Below are positions 25,175 through 33,558 of a stretch of DNA of 41,613 nt, one piece after another. The notes under the pieces were generated by a model that worked only from the letters and a program-made list of their open reading frames with translations, had not been told where the DNA came from and did not search any database. Numbering within the stretch: the stretch's first letter is position 1; every line of letters begins with the position of its first letter. The position numbers and the translations under genes were made by a program. The DNA comes from Patescibacteria group bacterium (GTDB taxonomy: Bacteria > Patescibacteriota > Minisyncoccia > UBA6257 > GWB1-50-10), in NCBI GenBank assembly GCA_038061595.1, contig JBBTYZ010000015.1, positions 1-41,613 of the forward strand, written 5' to 3'.

Positions 25175-26229
25175 CAATGCATTTCCATCTTGCCTTCCCC
25201 TGTTTCGATTGGAACATACCTCATCCAAAGTTTTTCCTCCCACCATTTATTATTTTCGGTATACCATTTAATGGTCTTCTCTAAGCCGTCAACAAACGAA
25301 ATCTGCGGCTGCCAACCCAATACAGTTTTAATTTTAGTGGCATCCGCCATGTGTCTAAAAACCTGACCAGGCCTATCACCGATATTCATCACGGAATCAC
25401 TAAAGTTAAAATCTTGTAACCGGGACATCTTGTCTACGATTTTGACCGCGATTTCATTAACCGAGAAATTTTTACCGGACCCCACATTGAACACCTGCCC
25501 CTTAACCTTGTCGATTGGAGCGTGCAGAACTAAGTCGATAGCTCTCACAAGGTCTTCAACATAAGTAAAGTCTCGGCTACTGTTACCGCTTCCATGAATC
25601 GTGAGAGGTTCTTTCAAAAGACAAGCGGTGATAAATCTTGGTATAAGTTTTTCTAAATGCTGATGCGGACCAAATATATTAAAAGGTCTTATTATGACCG
25701 CTGGAATATCAAATGTGGCAACATAGGAATAAACCAGACGATCAGCGCCAGCCTTTGCCGCTGCGTAAGGGCTCATCGGGTTTAGGGGGTGATTCTCGTT
25801 CATAAAATCTGCAGCAGAGGTTCCATACACCTCGCTTGTTGAAATATGAATAAACCTATCAATGTTCTTTTTATGTTTTAAAACCGCATTCGCCACTCGT
25901 TGAGTGCCAATAACATCTGTCTCAAAAAACCTTTCATCGTCGTAAATTGAACGAGCTACGTGAGTTTCGGCAGCAAAATGAATAACAATATTCGCCCGCG
26001 AGACAAGCTCTTCAACCAGCTTGGCGTTTTTTACATCTCCATACACAAAACGAAAATTTGGAGCTTCGTGAATCTTTTTTGAAATATTATGAATATCTCC
26101 AGCATACGTAAGTGCGTCAAGAACAATAAAGTTGTATTTGGGGTACTTGTCGAACAGATAAGCAAGCATATTGCTACCAATAAATCCGGCGGCCCCAGTT
26201 ATTAAAATTGTCTTTTCGTGAGCTAACAT
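25174..26229 (-). CDS. NDP-hexose 4,6-dehydratase (RmlB/RfbB-like extended SDR)
   Basis: 351 aa with ILITGAAGFIGSN...YPKYNFIVLDALTYAGDIHNI, HFAAETHVARSI, ISTSEVYG and YAAAKAGADRLV. The layout is strongly RmlB-like, but TDE reads TSE. Confidence 0.8.
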   Translation of the reverse strand: MLAHEKTILITGAAGFIGSNMLAYLFDKYPKYNFIVLDALTYAGDIHNISKKIHEAPNFRFVYGDVKNAKLVEELVSRANIVIHFAAETHVARSIYDDERFFETDVIGTQRVANAVLKHKKNIDRFIHISTSEVYGTSAADFMNENHPLNPMSPYAAAKAGADRLVYSYVATFDIPAVIIRPFNIFGPHQHLEKLIPRFITACLLKEPLTIHGSGNSSRDFTYVEDLVRAIDLVLHAPIDKVKGQVFNVGSGKNFSVNEIAVKIVDKMSRLQDFNFSDSVMNIGDRPGQVFRHMADATKIKTVLGWQPQISFVDGLEKTIKWYTENNKWWEEKLWMRYVPIETGEGKMEMH

Positions 26230-26332
26230 TGAAAGTAATTTTACTTCAGGCCACTAAATATATCAAGGACAGGCCTAGTTATATCAACAAATAAGCGCCC
26301 ACTCTTCATGACCCCTCTTTTGCTGTTCCTAG

Positions 26333-27397
26333 TTACTTTATGCCGAACTCATTCATTAATATTTCCAATAATTTCTTAACAATGCTATCCAATAATTCTC
26401 CGCCATTTAAAATTCTTTCCCGTCCGGCCTTGGCAATACGCTCCCGCAATTCTGGATGTTTTAGATAATAATCAATCTTCTCTTTCATTTCTTCGTACGA
26501 ATCAAAGAAATCGGTTTCTTTGCCAGCTAAAAGCATTTTCTCTGCCTCTTCGGTTCTCTCGTGAAGCATAAAACCTCCGCACAATGGAATCTCCCAACTC
26601 CGGCACGCAACGTATTCTTGATTATGTTTGCGCATAAAAGCCAGAGCGATCTTGCTCGCACCCAAGACTCTCGCCATATCTTCGCAATACACGCCCCCAG
26701 GTACAATACGATTTTTTCGACGCAGACAAGAATTCCAAGGAAGCCTTCCCCACGAATTGCCGTAGATCTTAATGTCATATCCATCCCGACACAGTTTTTC
26801 TAAATATTCGGATCGATTTTCCTTGGCGTAAGTGCCAATAAAAACAACGTCCGCACCAAGTTTTTTTCGGTCTCCTTCAGTGATTAAGACCGGGTGATGA
26901 CAACTCGCGTCAGCAGAAACCGTTAGATAAATTGCCCGCTTAGCGCCCCACCTTAGGAGTGGTTCAACATTTGCGGATATAGCCGCCAGATGGCAATCAT
27001 ACAAAGGAATAGATTTATAAAAATAAGTACTCCCCGACTTCGTAAAATCAACATGGTCCGGATACCAGGAGATTAACTTAGCGAATTTTTTAAGCTCCAC
27101 AACAGTGCTGGGATATATTAAAATGGGTTTCATAAAAAGAATGAAACCAAACTTACCAACGCGCGCTTTTTCAACAATAATATTATTCAATTTTTTGATA
27201 CCGGAGCCGAAATAGATGGGGGTTGGCAACAACCCGCTAGCAATAAAAAACCTGCTCATTACTCGATTAAAAAGAGATGGCGTGAAATATTGATTGGTAT
27301 TTACGAGCTGTACATCTACGCCAAGCTTCAACAAATTATCGTAAATCAAACCCATTGATCCGCCCGGGCCAAGCTCACCGACTAATAATATTTTCAT
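26333..27397 (-). CDS. CgeB-family / DUF3880-type glycosyltransferase-like protein
   Basis: The C-terminal region SWEIPLCGGFMLHERTEE...FDSYEEMKEKIDYYLKHPELRERIAKAGRERI matches the Glyco_trans_1_2/CgeB pattern. The start was moved to the ATG at 27397 (MKILLVGELG), 10 nt after the upstream stop, giving 354 aa. Confidence 0.6.
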   Translation of the reverse strand: MKILLVGELGPGGSMGLIYDNLLKLGVDVQLVNTNQYFTPSLFNRVMSRFFIASGLLPTPIYFGSGIKKLNNIIVEKARVGKFGFILFMKPILIYPSTVVELKKFAKLISWYPDHVDFTKSGSTYFYKSIPLYDCHLAAISANVEPLLRWGAKRAIYLTVSADASCHHPVLITEGDRKKLGADVVFIGTYAKENRSEYLEKLCRDGYDIKIYGNSWGRLPWNSCLRRKNRIVPGGVYCEDMARVLGASKIALAFMRKHNQEYVACRSWEIPLCGGFMLHERTEEAEKMLLAGKETDFFDSYEEMKEKIDYYLKHPELRERIAKAGRERILNGGELLDSIVKKLLEILMNEFGIK

Positions 27398-27407
27398 ATA
27401 TGATTTT

Positions 27408-28523
27408 TTAAGAAGAGTAATTGTTGTGCCGCTGAGCAATTTGTTTTTTGACAAAAGAACGAATTTTGGCAAGATATGGAACTTTTTTAAAATACGGCTT
27501 AAACCTTTCGTAATTATTAAAATATCCACGTTTTTTTATATCTAATAACTTCTGCAAATGCTGTCTATATGTAATAGTACGCCCAAGGAAACCGGAGGTA
27601 ATAAGGTCCCGAAATTTTTCTATATTTATTTTTTCAGAATCGTTAATAATCCTATACTTCTCTGCCACACCCAATAGTTCTATGGCGCAATCGGGCAACC
27701 CAAAAACCTCAAACAAAGATGCCGCCTTCAAAACACGCGTTGCGTCCCAATCAGATGATAATAATTTTTTGTCCTCTATCTCAGCTACCGGATCGCGAAA
27801 AAATATGGCTTGAGCAAAGATAATCTGGCCGTATGAAGAAACGCCACAACCGCCAGGTAAAACACTGTCTATGCTAGGAAATGCTTTATTCGCGAAACGG
27901 CAGAAATTAATATCATATAATTTGAAGCCAAGAGGCCTTAAGAGCTGCTCCAATTCGCTAAAACCCTTACCCTCTCCGCACCATGGCGCAAAGTGAATCT
28001 CCGAGCTTATTCCAAGAACCGATTTTTTAATTTGGGAAACAGATCCTTTAACAACATCAAAATCGGCCCCCTCAGCGTCGGTCTTAATGAAATCAACTTC
28101 AGGAATCTTATAGTCTTCGGCAAAAGAATCAAAAGTAGTAGTTTTGATCTGCGAAGTTCCTGTAATTTTGAAAAGCTCTCCGGTTGGAAAACGATTTACT
28201 ATTTTCGGATCCCTGGGGCACAGTCCACCGGCAGCCGACGAAACCTGCTCATAAAAGGTATGGGTGCCTTTGTCCGAATAAAGAGCAGCTGGATAAAATC
28301 GCGTAGCCGACCCAGAACCCAGGTCTCTGTTTAACCTTTCACACTCCCCCTTGTCGGGTTCAAAACCAATAAACCTGACCGCGTCACCATAATTTACCCA
28401 ATGATATTCTGGCCCGCCTCGAGCCCCAACATCAACAACGGTTAAGGGGTTGTTCTTAAAAACACCCTCACTTACAAGATGTTTAGTGAATCGCGGATTT
28501 GATGAGAATGATGAATATAACAT
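27408..28523 (-). CDS. FkbM-family methyltransferase with a ~150-aa C-terminal extension
   Basis: 371 aa with VVDVGARGG...GFEPD... and FIKTDAEGADFDVV. Confidence 0.78.
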   Translation of the reverse strand: MLYSSFSSNPRFTKHLVSEGVFKNNPLTVVDVGARGGPEYHWVNYGDAVRFIGFEPDKGECERLNRDLGSGSATRFYPAALYSDKGTHTFYEQVSSAAGGLCPRDPKIVNRFPTGELFKITGTSQIKTTTFDSFAEDYKIPEVDFIKTDAEGADFDVVKGSVSQIKKSVLGISSEIHFAPWCGEGKGFSELEQLLRPLGFKLYDINFCRFANKAFPSIDSVLPGGCGVSSYGQIIFAQAIFFRDPVAEIEDKKLLSSDWDATRVLKAASLFEVFGLPDCAIELLGVAEKYRIINDSEKINIEKFRDLITSGFLGRTITYRQHLQKLLDIKKRGYFNNYERFKPYFKKVPYLAKIRSFVKKQIAQRHNNYSS

Positions 28524-28535
28524 TGATTTTTGTTG

Positions 28536-29678
28536 CTAGCCGACCTTAAAATTCTTATTTGAATCCAAAAAATTTTCCGCGGTAAACACGAGAAATTCTT
28601 TTGCTTTATGTCCCGAACGCCCAAGTAGCTTCCTTTTAAGCCAGCCGAAACTTCTTGAGACGCTCATTGGAATAGAATATATTATTGCCGCGACAATTTC
28701 AAAAAGAGAAAATTCTTCAAAAAATCTGCGAACCCACACCACCCCCTCTCTGGAATTGAGAAAAGACAAACGCATACCATTACTAAAAAAATAGAAACAC
28801 GAAGACACAAGCGCCTGCGCCACTGAAAATATTTTCATCCCTAAGTAATACTCCGGCCACTTAGGTTGGTAAATATATTTGTGTATAAGGAAATAACAAC
28901 AGGCATCTTTGAAAATCGCCGCCAAAGAATCTTGTCTTAGATCAAAAGTTTGATTTGCAGAATGCTCTGTTTTTATGTAGTTCATAGAACTGTCAAAAAC
29001 AAAATTTTTGTACCGCGTTAGAACTTCTGGAAACAACATTGAATCAATACCGAGCGCTCTCCTAAAAAAACCCCTAAACTCTTCAGGGAGCGATTTGGAT
29101 GGATTGTGATAATAATTTTTGACGTAATAATCCATAGCGCTCAGAAGATCTCCTCTCCTTACGAGAGCATACCCGCTTACGTATAGCACTATCGGCCGAT
29201 AGATTCGTTTTAGAAACCATTCTCTCGGATACTTTTCCGGAGGAGAAAAGGTATCGAGTACTGTGTTAAGAAAGCTGAATGTTCCATCTTTCATATCGCG
29301 TAGACTGGTGAGCTTTGGCACTACCCCGGCAACATCGGGATGATTCAATAAATTGCTCACTCCTTTCTCTATAAAGTCCCGCGCGAGCCAATCGTCTGCC
29401 CCAAGAACCATAGCGAAATCTCCTTTCGCACATTCAGACATTTTTAAAAAACTTTCGGAAACACCGACTCGGTTACCGTTTTTGAAATATTTTATTCGTT
29501 TATCTTTCGCAACATACCCCCTTATCACCGCCTCACTACCGTCAGTCGAGGCATCGTCAACTATTACTATTTCTATATTTTTGTATGTCTGATTAAGACA
29601 ACTATTAAGAAGTCTGTAAATATATGGTTCTCCATTAAAAAATGTTGTGCAAATACTTACTAACGGATCTTTGTTCAT
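28536..29678 (-). CDS. GT2 glycosyltransferase
   Basis: 380 aa with VSICTTFFNGEPYI...VIVDDASTDGS...LGADD (DxD). Confidence 0.82.
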   Translation of the reverse strand: MNKDPLVSICTTFFNGEPYIYRLLNSCLNQTYKNIEIVIVDDASTDGSEAVIRGYVAKDKRIKYFKNGNRVGVSESFLKMSECAKGDFAMVLGADDWLARDFIEKGVSNLLNHPDVAGVVPKLTSLRDMKDGTFSFLNTVLDTFSPPEKYPREWFLKRIYRPIVLYVSGYALVRRGDLLSAMDYYVKNYYHNPSKSLPEEFRGFFRRALGIDSMLFPEVLTRYKNFVFDSSMNYIKTEHSANQTFDLRQDSLAAIFKDACCYFLIHKYIYQPKWPEYYLGMKIFSVAQALVSSCFYFFSNGMRLSFLNSREGVVWVRRFFEEFSLFEIVAAIIYSIPMSVSRSFGWLKRKLLGRSGHKAKEFLVFTAENFLDSNKNFKVG

Positions 29679-29685
29679 GTTGAGA

Positions 29686-30438
29686 TTAGACTAACGGCAA
29701 ATTGCTCACTCCCTCCAAGTTCTTATCAAAATCATTCCGTGCTTTCTCATAACTTTCGGGTGTTCCAATATCGATGAAGTAATTCTTAAACACAAAACCA
29801 TAAACTTTCGCATCTCTAATGTGTTTTTCGAAAAAATCTTTCTCTATCGAAAATGTTTCAGGCAAATCAAAATTGTTCAAAACGCCCTTTCCGAATATAT
29901 ACATCCCGCCGCTAATTAGTCCTGGGCCGCCCCTTCCTGTTTTCTCTTTAAAATTCATTATCCTATTATTCTCATCTACGGTCACAGTTCCAAAATTTCG
30001 AGTATCATCCATTTGGCTTAGACAGATAGAGACGTGAGCACCGTGCTTAATGTGTTGTTTTAAGAAGTGATCGTAATTGATAGGGAAGAACGTGTCGCCG
30101 TTCAAGACGAGCACCATCTCATGCGAGGAATTATTAATAGCCTTCTTAATTGCTCCTCCTGTACCCAAAGGACTTTCTTCTTCTGAAAAACTTATCGTTG
30201 TACCTTTCGGAAACGATCGTCCTTTCATATGTTCGCGCATTTTGTCTTTCATATGGCCAACAGAAAGCATTATGTCCCGAAAGCCACATTGCAAAAGATT
30301 ATCAATCGTGTAATCCAATAGAGTTTTATTTTTTATCGGGGCTAAGACCTTGGGCCTATCAGCAATAACCGTCTGCAAACGAGTTCCAAGGCCGCCGGCA
30401 AGGATAATAACGCGTATATTTTTAAGTTCGGTGTTCAT
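29686..30438 (-). CDS. hddC: Sugar-1-phosphate nucleotidyltransferase, best fit D-glycero-alpha-D-manno-heptose-1-phosphate guanylyltransferase
   Basis: 250 aa with VIILAGGLGTRL...DRPK.LAPI, PLGTGGAI and NGDT. Its short single-domain size and its position next to the HddA-like kinase fit HddC/WcbM. Confidence 0.7.
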   Translation of the reverse strand: MNTELKNIRVIILAGGLGTRLQTVIADRPKVLAPIKNKTLLDYTIDNLLQCGFRDIMLSVGHMKDKMREHMKGRSFPKGTTISFSEEESPLGTGGAIKKAINNSSHEMVLVLNGDTFFPINYDHFLKQHIKHGAHVSICLSQMDDTRNFGTVTVDENNRIMNFKEKTGRGGPGLISGGMYIFGKGVLNNFDLPETFSIEKDFFEKHIRDAKVYGFVFKNYFIDIGTPESYEKARNDFDKNLEGVSNLPLV

Positions 30439-30449
30439 TGATTGAAAAA

Positions 30450-31439
30450 CTATTTTGTTTGATAAATTATATGGCTACCCTCATCTTCAAAAGCAAATGG
30501 GACGTGGAGCAATTTAGAAAGCGCCGTTTTAACTCTTTCCTGGTCTTTCGGCCGAGCATATACCAACAGGAATCCGCCCCCACCGGCGCCCAAGAGCTTG
30601 CCACCCAAGGCTCCCGCCTCCCTGGCCCGTGCATAAAAGCCGTCAATAGTATCGTTTGATATTTTTGGTGAAAGACTCCTTTTTAACTCCCAGCTTTTAT
30701 GGAGAAGTCTACCAAAATCCCCCAGCCAATCGCCATTGCTCTTAAGCACAAGAACAGCCTCATCTACCATGTTATGCATTGCCTGTAATTCAATTTTTTT
30801 ATTAGGGATGTTTTTAATCTGTTCGGTTGCAATCTCCGAAGCATTCCTAGAAAAACCAGTGAAGAAAAGCATCATATGTTTTTGTAACTCCTCAAGCCTC
30901 CCATCGCTTAACTTTATTGGCGTGACAGCGAAGCTACCATCTTTATGGAAGTTAATCTTATTAAATCCGCCATATGCAACAGCAACTTGATCTTGCGACC
31001 CAACGTTTTCTTTGATGCAATTCTGCTCAATATGAATCGCTTCCTCTGCTAATTTCTTTCTATCAGGACTGATTCCTTTGAGTCCATAAAGTGCGTGCAA
31101 AAAACCAACAGTAAAAGACGAGCTTGAACCCATACCCGATCTAGCCGGCACATCTCCGTTATAGTGGATAGACAACCCATCATTAAAATCCATAAAACGG
31201 AGGGTCTCCCGAACTGACGGATGCGCGATTTCATCAATACTATTAACCTCCTCCATTCGAGACCAAGCCACCCTGGTTTTATAAGGAAAATATGGGGGAA
31301 GACGTATCGCGTGCAAATACGAATATTTGTTAATTGAGGTGCTAAGTACTGCCCCGCCATATTCTTTGACCCACCCCGGATAATCTGTCCCACCCCCAAA
31401 AAACGATATGCGCAGTGGTGTTTTTGTAATAACCATCAT
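30450..31439 (-). CDS. hddA: GHMP sugar kinase, best fit D-glycero-alpha-D-manno-heptose-7-phosphate kinase
   Basis: 329 aa with TKTPLRISFFGGGTDYP, GMGSSSSF (GHMP motif II) and LLGAGGGGFLL (motif III). This is the HddA/WcbL-like layout. Confidence 0.72.
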   Translation of the reverse strand: MMVITKTPLRISFFGGGTDYPGWVKEYGGAVLSTSINKYSYLHAIRLPPYFPYKTRVAWSRMEEVNSIDEIAHPSVRETLRFMDFNDGLSIHYNGDVPARSGMGSSSSFTVGFLHALYGLKGISPDRKKLAEEAIHIEQNCIKENVGSQDQVAVAYGGFNKINFHKDGSFAVTPIKLSDGRLEELQKHMMLFFTGFSRNASEIATEQIKNIPNKKIELQAMHNMVDEAVLVLKSNGDWLGDFGRLLHKSWELKRSLSPKISNDTIDGFYARAREAGALGGKLLGAGGGGFLLVYARPKDQERVKTALSKLLHVPFAFEDEGSHIIYQTK

Positions 31440-31444
31440 AATAA

Positions 31445-32311
31445 TTAGCTGTTAAATATATTGACCAACTTTTCGATAATATCATCAATATTGTTCTTCG
31501 GAAACCATTTCAAAAGTTTTTGAGATTCGGAAAAATTGGACGTGAGAGTAAAAGCCTGTGTTGTAGAGGGCGTAAAAACAACCTTGCTCTCAAGCCTGCT
31601 TGCCACCTTTGTGGCTAAATCACGCATCGAAATACGGTTAGAAGAAAGGAAAAATGGATAATAACCCGGCTCCGCAACGGTGCCATATTCAACCGCCTTA
31701 AGTATCCCCTCGGCCACATCATCTATCCAAATCCACTCTCTTTCGTGACGACCCTCACCATAAATTTCTATATCCTTGTGAGCAAGTGCGGTTTTTATAA
31801 ATTCAATCGGAGCGTGGGGAAGATATGTATTCTTGCCCAAAACCATAGTTGGTCGAACCGTTACGATTTTCATTTCTGGAGCTTCCTTAATAAACTGCAT
31901 CATAGAAAATTCGGCAGAGGCCTTGCTCGCACTATACCCGTGTTTTGGACTAAAATTAGAAAATTGAGTTTGGTGTTCGCCGATCTTGTTTTCTCCATGA
32001 ACAGTCATGGAGCTTGTGAAGATATAATTTTTCACACCCGCCTCATGGGCAGCTTTTAAGACTTTTAAATTCCCCATTACGTTTGTCTCAAAAAGATCTT
32101 GAATTCCCGGCGCTTCTTTCATGGTTCCCAAGATTGCAGCTAAATTAATTACCACGTCTGGCTTCTCAATCCCTAAACCGCGCGTGAATGTCTCCGTATT
32201 TCGGACATCTTCTTTGGTCAAATCGAATATCACAACATCGTGCGTTCCTTTCGCTTTCTCTTGGAGCGCCTTACCTATAAAACCCTGTCCACCAAAAATT
32301 ACTATTTTCAT
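31445..32311 (-). CDS. Extended SDR (NDP-sugar reductase/epimerase)
   Basis: 288 aa with IVIFGGQGFIG, TSSMTVHG and YSASK (YxxxK). It has a 4-nt ATGA overlap with the upstream gene. Confidence 0.75.
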   Translation of the reverse strand: MKIVIFGGQGFIGKALQEKAKGTHDVVIFDLTKEDVRNTETFTRGLGIEKPDVVINLAAILGTMKEAPGIQDLFETNVMGNLKVLKAAHEAGVKNYIFTSSMTVHGENKIGEHQTQFSNFSPKHGYSASKASAEFSMMQFIKEAPEMKIVTVRPTMVLGKNTYLPHAPIEFIKTALAHKDIEIYGEGRHEREWIWIDDVAEGILKAVEYGTVAEPGYYPFFLSSNRISMRDLATKVASRLESKVVFTPSTTQAFTLTSNFSESQKLLKWFPKNNIDDIIEKLVNIFNS

Positions 32312-33558
32312 GTTTGAAACTTACCACGACCAATAGATGAGTAACGGACGCCGAGTTGTTTAACGTCTTCTTTCCTGAACATATTGGCTGCGTCTATGAT
32401 TATCTTATTTTTCATAGAAGAAATTAATTTTTTATATGGCGCTTCTTTGAATTCTTTTTTACCTACAGCTATAACTACCGCATCTGCGCTGGAAAAGACA
32501 TCACCAATTGAGTTTACTGTATATGCGTTATTCTCGACCAGGGGATCATAGAGCACCACTTCTGCCCCCTTTTTCTCTAGGCGTTTCATAAGAGGGGCGA
32601 CCAAGGACCCTCTCATATTTGAAGTAAATGGTTTATACGTTGCTCCTAAAAAGCCCAACTTTTTACCCTTCACGTTTTTGAAATATTTACCAATCTCTTT
32701 TTCCATGAATTTATTATGTTCGTTATTCACCGCAATGATCTGCTGCAACATTGGCAACTTAATCTTAATTTTCTTGCCTAAATTTATTAACACTTTAAAA
32801 TCTCTTTCTACGGTTCCGGCAAAGCCCAAACCCGGTAAAGTATAGGCCTTGGGCCCAACTCGTTTGTCAGACCGCAAAATCTGTCCGATATTTTCAAAAT
32901 TAACATTGAAATACTCACTAAATTTGGTAAGTTCTGAGACAAAACTCACCGTCATAGCTACGAAAATATTTGCTGCGTGTTTGGACATTTCCGCTTCTTC
33001 TAAGGTGACGCTGAATTTGGGAGAATTTATTTTATCAAAGAGACGTAAGACGCCTTTCACCACCCCTCCGTCTCCTCCTAACACAATATAATCTGGCTCA
33101 ACAAAACGCTTGAGCGCATCTCCAAATCTCAAAAATTCTGGGAAATAAATAATTTCTATTTTTTTATATTTCTTCTGCCAAATTCTCATTGTGCCTATGG
33201 GGGTTTGAGAAGAAACTACCACCACCCTAAATAGACCACTCTCCACAACTTTTCTGAAGTGCCCCCCTATGTCATTCATATCAACACCGGTGGGAATTAT
33301 ATTTACATCTTGTGCAAAAAAACAAATATCCGCTTTATTATTTGGATCGGCAATATTATTAGAGAAAAAGAGCTTGTTGCTCTCTTTAAATTTTTTTATT
33401 CCATCGGTAATTCCTGGTTCAAAAACCGGCGGCTTACCCATTTCATAATCTTCGTAAGCCTCATTACCCGCAACTAATCGCACTGTGTGACCCAACTCAC
33501 AAAGACCTATCGCATACACTTCAGCCAAGTGCCATGAGCCATAGACGGTTATCTTCAT
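32308..33558 (-). CDS. UDP-glucose/GDP-mannose dehydrogenase-family homolog with degenerate cofactor and catalytic motifs
   Basis: 416 aa with the three-domain layout of nucleotide-sugar dehydrogenases (PEFLRFGDA, AEMSKHAANIFVAMTVSF, GATYKPFTSNMRGS). The N-terminal GxGxxG reads GSWHLA, and the GFGG(S/Y)C.PKD catalytic-Cys motif reads GFAGTVERD. Confidence 0.65.
   Translation of the reverse strand: MKITVYGSWHLAEVYAIGLCELGHTVRLVAGNEAYEDYEMGKPPVFEPGITDGIKKFKESNKLFFSNNIADPNNKADICFFAQDVNIIPTGVDMNDIGGHFRKVVESGLFRVVVVSSQTPIGTMRIWQKKYKKIEIIYFPEFLRFGDALKRFVEPDYIVLGGDGGVVKGVLRLFDKINSPKFSVTLEEAEMSKHAANIFVAMTVSFVSELTKFSEYFNVNFENIGQILRSDKRVGPKAYTLPGLGFAGTVERDFKVLINLGKKIKIKLPMLQQIIAVNNEHNKFMEKEIGKYFKNVKGKKLGFLGATYKPFTSNMRGSLVAPLMKRLEKKGAEVVLYDPLVENNAYTVNSIGDVFSSADAVVIAVGKKEFKEAPYKKLISSMKNKIIIDAANMFRKEDVKQLGVRYSSIGRGKFQT

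Noticed and set aside
26241-26309. 22-codon minus-strand mini-ORF (MKSGRLFVDITRPVLDIFSGLK) in the 103-nt gap upstream of the RmlB-like gene; possible leader peptide
   Set aside because: It is very short, has no recognisable attenuator or terminator structure, and the SD-like AGAGGGG is too close to its ATG. Without conservation data it cannot be told apart from chance.
27398-27529. N-terminal extensions in the ORF track for the CgeB-like gene (to 27529), the 3-dehydrase gene (to 25246) and gmhB (to 35652)
   Set aside because: Each extension overlaps the 3' end of the upstream gene by 45-120 nt. An internal ATG gives a family-typical N-terminus and a tight stop-start junction: a 10-nt gap, a TGATG overlap and a 14-nt overlap respectively.
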